From Eledone cirrhosa (lineage: Eukaryota): a stretch of DNA of 64,000 nt. Each line of letters begins with the position of its first letter. The stretch's first letter is position 1. The position numbers were made by a program, and so were the translations under genes. The stretch lies in assembly GCA_964016885.1 (NCBI GenBank), contig OZ024761.1, positions 19,964,001 to 20,028,000 on the forward strand, written 5' to 3'. Of the stretch, positions 25,415-39,796 are shown one piece after another. Below the pieces are notes generated by a model that was not told the DNA's origin, ran no database searches, and saw only the letters and a list, made by a program, of their open reading frames with translations.

Positions 25415-28161
25415 CATCATCATCGTTTAACGTCCATCTTCCATGCTTGCATGGGTTTGGACGGGAGTTTTCCCACCTGAAGCAAGATTGGTTGTCCTGC
25501 TCGTATAGGACTGTCTGGCGGGTTTTCTACGGCTGGATGCCCTTCCTAACACCAACCACGTTTACAGTGTGGACTGGGAGGTTTTTACCGTGTTACCTAC
25601 ACAGCCACATTACAGCGTGGACTGTGTGTTTTTTTTGTCGTGACACCTACACGACCTCATTTGTTTCGGACTGGATGTTGTGGTACCAACATAACTTCAC
25701 ATTTAAGGGGGTGGTGTGGATGGGGTGGGGGTAGTGGGACGGGGGTGTATTTTTGTTAGAGGTGCCTACTGACTAGTAGGTTTCACTTTGTACTTAGGTA
25801 AGGTGGGTCTTCTGTATAACTGTGTAGCGCCAAAGCTCTCAGTCCAGTGACATTGTCTTGGAGAGGTGTAAATGTGTGAGGTCGGAATTTATCAAGTCGT
25901 CCTAGGTTTTTCTGGGTCTGCCTACTCCGTGGCTACCGTCTACTTTTATCGCCCTGTACTTTTTTATACAGCTGTCATCTTTCATGCGCATCACGTGACC
26001 GTACCAACGTAGTCTTCTCTCGAGTAAACAACATCTGATCCCTCTTATTCCTAATTTCTCCCTTAGTTCGTTTATGCTTTGCCGTTCACGTATATTACTA
26101 TTACACATCCAACGGAGCATGTAAGCTTCGTTTCTCTCCAGTCTGCATATATCCTCTGCACACAATGCCCAGGTCTCACTGCCATGTAACATCGCTGTTC
26201 GTATGCAGGCATCATACAGCCTGCCTTTCATTTTTAGAGAGAACCCTTTAGCGGCCAATAGTGGTATAAGCTCTCTGAACCTTTTCCATCCCGTTCTGAC
26301 TCTAGCTACTGTACTTTCAGAGCACCCTCCCCCACTGCTGATTTTGTCACCCAGGTAACGGAAGCTGTCCACTATTTCTATAGAACCATCTGTGCAGTGG
26401 AATGAGTTAGTATTCTTTGGGCACTTGCTGCTACTTATTGCACCAGAGCACCGGCCACATATAAAATCTATATTCTTAGTTAGCTTACCTGTGATCCCAC
26501 TACATCTTTTATGTACCCATACTTTGCATTTGGGACATAAAATGGAGTTTCTGCCTACTCCTTTCCTACACACTGAGCATGGCCATTTCCCAGATGGGAC
26601 CGGTGCCCTATTTTCCTTCCTACAAACTAGAACTTTAGTCTTAGACAAGTTAACTTTAAGGCCTTTTGATTCTTGGCCATGCTTCCATGTTTGGAATTTC
26701 TTCTTTAGTTCAGCCATTGATTCAGCTATGAGCGTTAGATCATGTGCATATAGGAGTTCCCATGGGCAGCCGGTCTTGAACTCCTCTGTTATAGGCTGAA
26801 GGGCAATAATAAATAGTAGGGGGCTAAGGACGGAGCCCTGATGAACACCAACTTTTACGCTAAACTCTTCACTATATTCGTTGTTAATTCTAACCTTGCT
26901 GACTGTTTCTTTATACATGGCTTGTATAGCTCTCACAAGCCATTCATCAACACCTAGTTTTCTAAGGGCCCACCAGATAATCGAGCGGGGTACTCTGTCA
27001 AAGGCTTTCTCCAAGTCAACAAAAGCTAAGTATAGGGGTTTACTTTTAGCTAGGTACTTCTCCTGTAGATGTTGTACAATGAAAAGAGCGTCTGTTGTAC
27101 TTTTACCTGACACAAACCCGAACTGCATTTCGTCTAGATCAATTCGCTCTCTGATTTGTTGCGCTATTACTTTTTCTGTGACCTTCATGACCTGGTCAAT
27201 TAATTTAATACCTCTATAGTTTCCCCTATTTAGGGCATCACCTTTACCCTTGTAGCAGTTAATGATGATGCTGCTGCGCCAGTCCTTCGGAACGACCCCA
27301 TTCTGTATGACTTGGTTTACTATCCGGGTGACCAAAGTGTGTCCCACCGTTCCAGATGCTTTCAGCATTTCGGCAACTATTTCCGAAGGCCCGGCTGCCT
27401 TGCCCGTCTTCATGTCTTTGATCGCCTTACTTATTATACTACCTTCAACTTGCACTGCTGGTCCCTCTATTGGGTCGATGTGGAGGAGACTGTCTTTCTC
27501 CCAATTATTCTCCTCATTTAGTAGCCTTTTGTAGTGACACTTCCAAGCTACCTTCTTATCAGCATCAGTGATGGCAAGTACACCATCATCATTAAGGACA
27601 CACTTCTCCCCAACAATATCACTGTTTTCCTTGACACATTGCCTAGCAATCCTGAACACCTCACGTTTTTGGTCCTCGCATTGTAGAACATGCTTGAACT
27701 TTCTTTCCTCTGCTTCCCTTCTTGCGAAGAACACTTGTCTCCTAGCTTCCCTCCTGGCCACTTGATAGTCTTCTCTACTTCCCCCATCCCACCATGCTTT
27801 CCAAGCCTGCTTTTTGGCCTTGATTGACCTCTCCACCTTACTGTTCCACCACCAAGTTACTCTCCTCCTGCCTATAGGTCTGCTCCAGCCACAGGTTTCA
27901 TCTGTCGCCTTCAGCAGGTTAGCTTTCAGGATTTCCCACTGTTCCTCTATATTGTACAACTCTAATTGCTCTTCCTTACTATCAAAAGCATCAAGTAATA
28001 TGCTTTTAAATTTATTACTGGCTGTGGGGTCCTTTAACTTCCATATTTTTCTCCTGAGGATAGTCCTCTTCTGTTGTCGAGTACGTCTCGTCCTGACTAT
28101 GAGGTCGCTAATTATGAGTATGTTGAGAGGTGCATTCTTCATGGGGGAGGGATTGAGTGTT
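25413..28161 (-). mobile_element. RTE-clade LINE family 1, 5'-truncated and inactivated (RT ORF 25902-28142)
   Basis: RT motifs NYRGIKL, FVDLEKAFDRV, GVHQGSVLSP. Catalytic YADD is mutated to YAHD. Premature TAG at 25902. Endonuclease tail EECTSQH is frameshifted. 3'UTR ends in (GAT)n. Confidence 0.93.
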
Positions 28162-28176
28162 ATATATATTTATATA

Positions 28177-28515
28177 GGCACATGGCTTAGTGGTTAGAGC
28201 ATTGGCCTTGCAATCGAAAGGTTGTGAGTTCAATTCTCAGACCGGGTGATGTGTTGTTTCCCTGAGCAAGACACTTTATTTCACATTGCTCCAGTTTACT
28301 CAGCTGTAGAAATGAGATGATATTGACTGGGGTCCATATCATTCCACTGCAAAGTGGTCATGGAGGTGCCACGGCAAAAAAGCACCCGGCACTCACTGTA
28401 AATGAGGTTGGTGTTAGGAAGGGCATCCAGCTGTAGAAATCAAGCCAGCATCAGTTCCCGTCCCTCCCTTGCAAGCAGGGAAAAAGCGGGCGTAAAATGA
28501 AATGATGAATGATGA
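28177..28515 (+). mobile_element. tRNA-derived SINE with RTE-derived 3' tail
   Basis: A box TGGCTTAGTGG, B box GAGTTCAATTC, central CTGAGCAAGACACTT. Tail GTTAGGAAGGGCATCCAGCTGTAGAAA is shared with the RTE 3'UTRs. Confidence 0.85.
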
Positions 28516-28667
28516 TATATATATATATATTTATATATATATTTATATATTTATATATATATAAATTTATATATATATTTATATATTTATATATATATAA
28601 ATTTATATATATATAAATTTATATATATATAAATTTATATATATATAAATTTATATATATATAAATT

Positions 28668-28701
<34 letters not shown>

Positions 28702-28731
28702 TATATATATATATTTATATATATATTAATT

Positions 28732-28765
<34 letters not shown>

Positions 28766-28894
28766 TATATAAATTAATATATATATAAATATATATATAT
28801 AAATATATATATATATCCCTGATGTCTTCCAAAAGTAACGGTTGCATTTTGAAAGGGTATGTCAATATTTATTTATAAAACTGGTATATATTGT

Positions 28895-28957
28895 ATTTTG
28901 TCTGATGAAAGTATACCATAATTTAACATGGTATCCTTGAAATATGTATAATAAAAT
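28895..28957 (+). ncRNA. Type-I hammerhead ribozyme motif in a ~200-bp TA-flanked module
   Basis: ATTTTGT-CTGATGA-AAGtATACCAT(loop)ATGGTATcCTT-GAAA-TATGTA-TA-ATAAAAT. Confidence 0.75.
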
Positions 28958-29041
28958 AGATATGGTTTTATAAATATAGTTTCCATTTGTTAATATCGTA
29001 TAATAATATAATAAAGTATAAAATGATGATGATGATGATGA

Positions 29042-29078
<37 letters not shown>

Positions 29079-29108
29079 CATAAATATATATATATATAAA
29101 TATATATA

Positions 29109-29359
29109 TCATTTCATTCATCATTTCATTTTATGTCCGCTTTTTCCCTGCTGGGTGCTTTTTTTGCCGTGGCACCTCTACGACCACTTTGCAGTGGAAT
29201 GATAGGGACCCCAGATCTCATTTCTACAGCTGAGTAAACTGGAGCAATGTGAAATAAAGTGTCTTGCTCAAGGAAACAACACATCACCCGGTCTGAGAAT
29301 TGAACTCACAACCTTTCGATTGCAAGGCCAATGCTCTAACCACTAAGCCATGTGCCTCC
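29109..29359 (-). mobile_element. tRNA-derived SINE (same family as 28177), internally deleted
   Basis: Reverse complement of the 28177 copy. Confidence 0.85.
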
Positions 29360-29385
29360 ATTTTTATATATATATTTATATATAT

Positions 29386-29508
29386 AAATAGCGAATAAAT
29401 TAGATTACCGATATAAAAAACACAGAAGCGAAAACCAACCAAACAGTGGGTGTGTTCTGTTATTAATTCTGGCAATATTACACAAATATGACCCTCCCCA
29501 AGTATAAC
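29386..29508 (+). mobile_element. Penelope-like element 3'-terminal scrap
   Basis: Ends ATGACCCTCCCCAAGTATAAC, nearly identical to the end of the 34697-35710 element. Confidence 0.6.
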
Positions 29509-30154
<646 letters not shown>

Positions 30155-31162
30155 TACTAACTCCTTGCATTGCACAGATGGTTCTATAGAAATAGTGGAC
30201 AGCTTCCGTTATCTGGGTGATAAAATCAGCAGTGGGGGAGGGTGCTCTGAAAGTACAGTAGCTAGAGTCAGAACGGGATGGAAAAAGTTCAGAGAGCTTA
30301 TACCACTATTGGCCGCTAAAGGGTTCTCTCTAAAAATGAAAGGCAGGCTGTATGATGCCTGCATACGAACAGCAATGTTACATGGCAGTGAGACCTGGGC
30401 ATTGTGTGCAGAGGATATACTAAGACTGGAGAGAAATGAAGCTTGCATGCTCCGCTGGATGTGTAATAGTAATATATGTGAACGGCAAAGCATAAATGAA
30501 CTAAGGGAGAAATTAGAAATAAGAGGGATCAGATGTTGTTTACTCGAGAGAAGACTACATTGGTATGGTCACGTGATGCGCATGAAAGACGACAGCTGTA
30601 TAAAAAAGTGCAGGGCAATAAAAATAGATGGTAGCCACGGAGTAGGCAGACCCAGAAAAACCTGGGATGACTTGATAAATTCCGAACTCACACACTTACA
30701 CCTCTCCAAGACAATGTCACTGGACCGAGAGCTTTGGCGCTACACAGTAATAGAGAAGACCCGCCTTACCTAAGTACAAAGTGAAACCTACTACAGTCAG
30801 TAGGCACCTCTAACAAAGTACACCCCCGTCCCACTACCCACACCCCATCCACACCACCCCTTTCAATGTAAAGTTATGTTGGTGTCACAACATCCAGCCC
30901 GAAACAAATGAGGTCGTGTAGGTGTCACGACAAAAAAACACACAGTCCACGCTCTAATGTGGCCGTGTAGGCAACACAGTAAAAACCTCCCAGTTCCACA
31001 CTGTAAATGTGGTTGGTGTTAGGAAGGGCATCCAGCCGTAGAAAACAAGCCAGACAGTCCTAGGCGAGCAAGACAACCACTCTTGCCTCAAGTGGGAAAA
31101 CTCCCGTCCAAACCCATGCAAGCGTGGAATATGGACGTTAAACGATGATGATGATGATGATA
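30155..31162 (+). mobile_element. RTE LINE family 1, 5'-truncated
   Basis: ORF 30165-30773 matches the C-terminus of the 25.9-kb copy. 3'UTR and (GAT)n tail. Confidence 0.92.
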
Positions 31163-31204
31163 TATATTTATATTTATATATTTAAATAGTATCCTTAATA
31201 TATT

Positions 31205-31239
<35 letters not shown>

Positions 31240-31252
31240 ATTTATATATATT

Positions 31253-31289
<37 letters not shown>

Positions 31290-31426
31290 ATATATATTTA
31301 TTTATATTTATATATATATATATATATTTATATATATTTATATATATATATATATATTTATTTATATTTATATATATATATATATATATTTATTTATATA
31401 TATATATATTTATATATATATATATA

Positions 31427-33345
31427 TCATTAAATTAATCGACCAGGTCATGAAGGTCACAGAAAAAGTAATAGCGCAACTAATCAGAGAGAGAATTGAT
31501 CTAGATGAAATGCAGTTCGGATTTGTGTCAGGCAAAAGTACCACAGACGCTCTTTTCATTGTACGACATCTACAGGAGAAGTACCTAGCTAAAAGTAAAC
31601 CCCTATACTTAGCTTTCGTCGACTTGGAGAAAGCATTCAACAGAGTCCCCCGTTCCATTATCTGGTGGTCTCTTAGAAAACTAGGTGTTGACGAATGGCT
31701 TGTGAGAGCTATACAAGCCATGTATAAAGAAACAGTCAGTAAGGTTAGAATTAACAACGAATATAGTGAAGAGTTTAGCGTAAAAGTTGGTGTCCATCAG
31801 GGATCTGTTCTTAGCCCCCTACTATTTATTATTGCCCTTCAGGCTATAACAGAGGAGTTCAAGACCGGCTGCCCATGGGAACTACTATACGCAGATGATC
31901 TAACGCTCATAGCTGAATCAATGACCGAACTAGAGAAGAAATTCCAAACATGGAAGCACGGCCTAGAATCAAAAGGCCTTAAAATTAACCTGGCTAAGAC
32001 TAAAGTTCTAGTTTGTAGGAAAGAAAATATGGCGGCAGTCCCATCTGGGAAATGGCCATGCTCAGTGTGTAGGAAAGGCGTAGGTAGAAACTCCATTTTA
32101 TGTTCCAAATGCAAAGTATGGGTGCATAAAAGATGTAGTGGGATCACAGGTAAGCTAACTAAGAACATAGATTTTACATGTGGCCGGTGCTCTGGTGCAA
32201 TAAGTAGCAGCAAGTGCCCACAAAATACTAGCTCCTTCAACTGCGCAGAGGGTTCTATAGAAATAGTGGACAGCTTCCGTTACCTGGGTGACAAAATCAG
32301 CAGTGGGGGAGGGTGCTCTGAAAGTACAGTAGCTAGAGTCAGAACTGGATGGAAAAAGTTCAGAGAGCTTATACCACTATTAGCCGCTAGAGGGTTCTCC
32401 CTAAAAATGAAAGGCAGATTATACGATGCCTGCATACGAACAGCAATGCTGCATGGCAGTGAGACCTGGGCATTGTGTGCAGAGGATATACGCAGACTAG
32501 AGAGGAACGAAGCTTGCATGCTCCGCTGGATGTGCAATAGTAATATACGTGAACGGCAAAGCATAAACGAACTAAGGAAAAAATTAGAAATAAGAGGGAT
32601 CAGATGTTGTTTACTCGAGAGAAGGCTACGTTGGTACGGTCACGTGATGCACCTGAAAGACGACAGCTGTATAACAAAGTGCAGGGCAATAAAGATAGAC
32701 GGTAGCCACGGAGTAGGCAGACCCAGAAAAACATGGGACGAGCTGATAAATTCCGACCTCACACGCTTACACCTCTCCAAGACAATGTCACTGGACCGAG
32801 ACCTTTGGCGGTACTCAGTAATAGAGAAGACCCGCCTTACCTAAATACAAAGTAAAAACCTACTACAGTCAGTAGGCATCTCTATCAAAACACCCCCACC
32901 GTCCCACCACCTCCACCCCATCCACACCGCCCCTTTCAATGTACAGTTATGTTGGTCCCACAACATCCAGGCCGAAACAAATGAGATCGTGTAGGTGTCA
33001 CGACAAAAAACACACAGTCCACGCTGTAAATGTGGCCGTGTAGGCAACACGGTAAAAACCTCCCAGCCCCACACTGTAAATGTGGTTGGTGTTAGGAAGG
33101 GCATCCAGCTGTAGAAAACCCGCCAGACAGTCCACGCTGTAATGTGGCCGTATAGGCAACACGGTAAAAACCTCCCAGCCCCACACTGTAAATGTGGTTG
33201 GTGTTAGGAAGGGCATCCAACTGTAGAAAACCCGCCAGACAGTCCTATGCGAGCAAGACAACCACTCTTGCCTCAAGTGGGAAAACCCCCGTCCAAACCC
33301 ATGCAAGCGTGGAACACGGACGCTAAACCTGATGATGATGATGAT
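31427..33345 (+). mobile_element. RTE LINE family 1, 5'-truncated, open RT (YADD) through C-terminus
   Basis: ORF 31450-32844. The 3'UTR carries a ~120-bp tandem duplication. (GAT)n tail. Confidence 0.93.
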
Positions 33346-34696
<1,351 letters not shown>

Positions 34697-35710
34697 TCGT
34701 TTCTGAATTTGTTTAGCCAGAACCAAATGGGAAAAAATGGTAAATAATGACATAAATGGGACCTGCCCCTTGTATAGGAGCAAATTTTGGAATAGAATAG
34801 AAAGAACTAGGAACAAGGCTAATAGAATAAACTCATGGTATGATAGCAATAAATACCAGAGTGTAATGTTCATCGATACAACCCCTAGAGGTGAATTAGC
34901 TTACAAATTTAGAAGGGCCCTAAATAAACATAAACTCAATATTAAGATAGTAGAAAGACCAGGTACCTCCGTAAAAACACTTATTAGCAAGACATACCCC
35001 TTTTCAAAGACCCTCATGTATAGATAAGAAATGTATAACCTGTAAAATAAGCCCCCATATTAACTGTAAAACTAGAAATGTAGTGTATAGCATAAAATGT
35101 ACTGAAGGACAATGTAGAGACAAAAATATAGTGTACATAGGTGAGACAGCTCGTATTTTCGGGGAACGGATAAATGAACACTGGCGAGACCTTCAAGATA
35201 GTAAAGAATCATCTGTACTCTACCAACATGCTAAAATAGAACACAAGGGTAAATTAGAGAACATAGAAATAAAAATAGAATCTACACACAGAAAAGACGC
35301 AATGTTTAGACAAATTACAGAGGCAATAAACATAAAAGAATTACAACCAAAATTAAATAGAAAATATGAGTGGAACAGCAACATCACAACTTACAATTAA
35401 GGACAAAATGAAAACACACACACACATAGAACAAACAACCAACCAGTAACATGTAAATAAACAAATAAATGAACATAAACACACAGACACCCGGATGTGG
35501 CGCATGCGCAGACTGAGCACACAACACACATACAGAAAAAAAATGGCGTAGGACAGAAAAAAGGAGAGGCACAGAAACAAAGAAAGGAATCCCCAGTCAC
35601 TGAAGAGGTCACAGAGTGTGTGACGAAAGAACTATGACAATATATAAACAACTATCTGGTTGTGAAACCAACCAACATTATTGGCAACATGACCCTCCCA
35701 AAGTATAACA
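34697..35710 (+). mobile_element. Penelope-like retroelement 3' part: RT thumb/linker, Cys-rich linker, GIY-YIG endonuclease, pseudo-LTR
   Basis: YRSKFW..SWY..SVMFIDTTPRGEL; frameshift near 35000; then CIDKKCITC..NCKTRNVVYSIKC..YIGETAR..ERINEH..RQITEAINI..PKLN. A hammerhead lies downstream. Confidence 0.88.
35596..35638 (+). ncRNA. Minimal type-I hammerhead ribozyme in the Penelope-like pseudo-LTR
   Basis: GTCA-CTGAAGA-g-GTCAC(AGAGTGT)GTGAC-GAAA-G(AA)C-TA-TGAC. Confidence 0.8.
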
Positions 35711-35763
35711 ATATATTTATATATTTATATTTATATATATATATTTATTTATATTTATATATA

Positions 35764-36896
35764 TCATCATCATCATCATCAACGTTTAACGTCCGTGTTC
35801 CACGCTTGCATGGGTTTGGACGGGGGTAGTCCCACTTGAGGCAAGAGTGATTGTCTTGCTCGCATAGGACTGTCTGGCAGGTTTTCTACAGTTGGATGCC
35901 CTTCCTAACACCAACCACATTTACAGTGTGGGTCTGGGAGGTTTTTACCGTGTTGCCTACACGGCCACATTACAGCGTGGACTGTGTATTTTTTTGTCGT
36001 GACACCTACACGATCTCATTTGTTTCGGCCTCGATGGCGCGGCACCAACATAACTTTACATAGAACGGGGTGGTGTGGATCGGGTGGGGGTGGTGGTGGT
36101 GGGACGGGGTGTATTTTGTTAGAGATGCCTACTGGCTGGAGTAGGTTTTACTATATATTTAGGTAAGGCGGGTCTTCTCTGTTACTGAGTACCGCCAAAG
36201 GTCTCGGTCCAGTGACATTGTCTTGGAGAGGTGTAAGTGTGTGATGTCGGAGTTTATCAGCTCGTCCCAGGTTTTTCTAGGTCTGCCTATTCCGTGACTA
36301 CCGTCTATCTTTATTGCCCTGCACTTTGTTATACAGCTATCGACTTTCATGCGCATCACGTGTCCATACCAACGTAGCCTTCTCTCGAGTAAACAACATC
36401 TGATCCCTCTTATCTCTAATTATTTCCTTAGTTCGTTTATGCTTTGCCGTTCACGTATATTACTGTTACACATCCAGCGGAGCATGCAAGCTTCGTTCCT
36501 CTCTAGTCTGCGTATATCCTCTGCACACAATGCCCAGGTCTCACTGCCATGCAGCATTGCTGTTCGTATGCAGGCATCGTACAACCTGCCTTTCATTTTT
36601 AGTGAGAACCCTTTAGCAGCTAATAGTGGTATAAGCTCTCTGAACTTTTTCCAACCAGTTCTGACTCTAGCTACAGTACTTTCAGAGCACCCTCCCCCAC
36701 TGCTGATTTTATCGCCCAGGTAACGGAAGCTGTCCACTATTTCTATAGAACCCTCTGCGCAATTGAAAGAGCTAGTAGTTTGTGGGCACTTGCTGCTACT
36801 TATTGCACCAGAGCACCGGCCACATGTAAAATCTATGTTCTTAGTTAGCTTACCTGTGATCCCACTACATCTTTTATGCACTCATACTTTGCATTT
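35764..36896 (-). mobile_element. RTE LINE family 1, 5'-truncated, with an in-frame stop
   Basis: ORFs 36420-36881 and 36159-36359 are the same C-terminus split by TAA. 3'UTR and (GAT)n tail. Confidence 0.92.
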
Positions 36897-36933
36897 ATAT
36901 TTATATATATATATATTTATATATATATATTTA

Positions 36934-36986
<53 letters not shown>

Positions 36987-36997
36987 TTATATATTTA

Positions 36998-37044
<47 letters not shown>

Positions 37045-37053
37045 TTATATATT

Positions 37054-37088
<35 letters not shown>

Positions 37089-37097
37089 TTATATATT

Positions 37098-37179
<82 letters not shown>

Positions 37180-39700
37180 ACTTTGAATGACTTTGAAATG
37201 TTTTGGCCAGTATTGGCCCAGGCCATGTCTAACTTAATAGCACCACCTGGCGAAGTCTTTCAATTCAGGATTAGGGCACCATGGCCCATTCGAGAAGAGA
37301 ATTACTGTTTGCGGAGACATATCCGGGTGTGGGTGGTTTGTCCGGGATTACTTGGAGGAATTTGTTCAAAGACTTCTTGAATTTTGTGTGGTCAGTTTCT
37401 GTTTTGACGTGTCCTGGTGTGATGTTGAAGAGAGCAGGGCCGATTGAGGTGAAATAATTGTGCCGTATTGTTGTTATGAGTTGCGATTTAGATTTTTGAA
37501 TGGGACGGATAGCACGGGGCCCAAGCCTTGGGTGTATCTTGAAGGCGATGCCAACATCATTTGGGCAGTGATGATGGAACATTTTCCACATCATGCAGAT
37601 AATATAACGCTCATGGCGACGTTGGAGTGAGTAAAGTTTCAGGTTTTCTAATCGACCCCAGTAGTCAAGGTCTGACATGCCATCTATCTTTTTCGTGATT
37701 GCCCTTTGAGGAGCTTCAAGTTTCATGATACTTTGTTTCGTGTGGGGAGACCACAGTGGACAACAGTATTCAAGGTGTGGTCGGGCAAAAGTAGAGAAGA
37801 GAAGGATAATGGTGCGGGAATCTCTCGACTGGAAGGTTCTGAGGATCCAGGAACACATTCTGCGGGCCATGTCAACTTTGCTGCTTATATGCGTGGTCCA
37901 GCTTATGTTGCTGTCCACGGTTACTCCCAAGTCTCTGATGTTGTTAGATGCCACGAGAGTTTCCCCGGAGGGAAGGGAGTACGGGAGTTTCAGAGCATCC
38001 TCTTTTCCAAAGTGGATCAGTTCGAATTTGTCTTCGTTCAGTAACATGTTGTTCTTTTCTGCCCATTGGGTAACAGCCAGTAGGTCTGACTGAAGGCTTA
38101 TCCGGTCATCCACGCCATTGATGACCTTTTGGAGCTTGGAATCATCAGCGAAAATTTTAATGTTGCTGTGTTTGATGATGTCAGTGATGTCATTAATATA
38201 GATGATGAAGAGAAGTGGGCCCAACACAGTGCCTTGTGGGACCCCACTACTGACTTTGGCTGGGCTTGATTTGACTCCCTCAACTACAACATGTTGGGTT
38301 CTGTTTGACAGGAAGCTCTTGATCCACTGCAGCAGCTTTCCAGTGACACCAATATTGGACAGCTTTCTCAGTAGAATGTTATGATCAACCCTGTCAAAGG
38401 CCTTGCTGAAATCAAGGTAGATAACATCAGTGTTGGAACCCTCTCCCAAGGCTCTCAAAATGTCATCAAAGTGATGCAGTAGCTGCGTCAGGCAATCCCT
38501 TCCATTACGGAATCCATGCTGGTTGGAGTTCAGCATATTGTTACTCTCAAGGAAGTGGGTCATTCGCGATCTCACCACTCTCTCAAATACCTTAATGATA
38601 TGAGAGGTGAGTGAGATTGGACGGTAATTCACGGCAAGGGATTTGTTTCCCTTTTTGAAAACTGGGACAACAGACTGGGATAGAAGGTTTTCTGGCACAT
38701 ATCCAGCATCCAGTGAGTTCCGCCACAGATTGGCAAGAGGAGATGCAAGTTGGTGTTGACACGCCTTCAAGACACAAGCAGGGAACCTATCGGGACCTAC
38801 TGCTGAATTATGCTTGATTTCCTTTATTGCCGCCAAGACATCAGGGGCGCCAAACGTTATGTCCGATAAGGTGTAATGGGGAGTAACATCGCCGATACAG
38901 CCCAGATCGGCCATATCAGGATTGCTGAAAACAGAGCAGTATTGTTTCTGCAGTATCTCACCCATGGTTTTAGCATTGTCTTGAAGAGTGCCATTTTCAT
39001 CAATTAGAGGGCCAACAGTAGAGCCAGTGATTTTGTGTTTTTTTGCAAATGAAAAGAACACTTTGGGATTGAGTTTGATCGTCTCAATGGCCCAGGCCTC
39101 TTCAGCTCTTCTCTGATTGTTGATGAGGGACATTATGTTGTTTTGGAGGTTATGTTTTTTAATCTCTAGTGATGAAATGGCAGTCAAGTTGATGTGTTGC
39201 TGCTGACAGTATTTCAGCTTGTTGATTTTTTTGTTCGTTCTCTTAATTTTTCTGATGAGCGTTTTTCTATTTCTAGGGATTCTGCTCTTAGATTTGTTTA
39301 TAGTTCTTAATGGGGTGTGTTTAGCACATATGTTTGTAACAGTGTCCACAAATGTCTGCCAGGACTTTTTGATGTTAGTGGGTGTATGAGTGTGCGTGAA
39401 GGACCAGTCGACATGTGCAAGATCATGACTGATCGCTTCCCAGTTTGCATTGTGGAAATCCATAGCGTCAAACGGATGGACAGGAGAGATGACATTGGGT
39501 TTGTATATTGGACGGTGGAATCTCAGATCACAGAGAACCATGTCATGATCAGAGAGTAGAGTTTTCTCCACTGCAATATTGTGGATATTGTCAGTGTGAT
39601 TGCTGAAAATTAAGTCTAGGACGTTTTTGTGGCACCTCGTTGGTTCGAGCACCAGTTGGGATAGGAAGAAATCATCCATGAAGTCAAGAAGCGATTCCAA
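37180..39700 (-). mobile_element. CR1/Jockey-group LINE, 5'-truncated within the endonuclease; open 809-aa reading frame
   Basis: APE end ([18 protein letters not shown]); RT motifs NYRPISLTS, YLDFSKAFDRV, SGVPQGTVLGP, FADD. 3' tail of TTCAAAGT(CA) repeats. TA flanks. Confidence 0.92.
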
Positions 39701-39710
39701 TATATATATT

Positions 39711-39796
<86 letters not shown>

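Noticed and set aside
26392-28197. ORFs antisense to the RTE ORF (similar shadows occur over the CR1-like and zinc-finger ORFs)
   Set aside because: Shadow frames of real coding sequence.
28177-28250. Possible tRNA gene
   Set aside because: No acceptor stem, and it continues into SINE body and tail; it is a SINE head.
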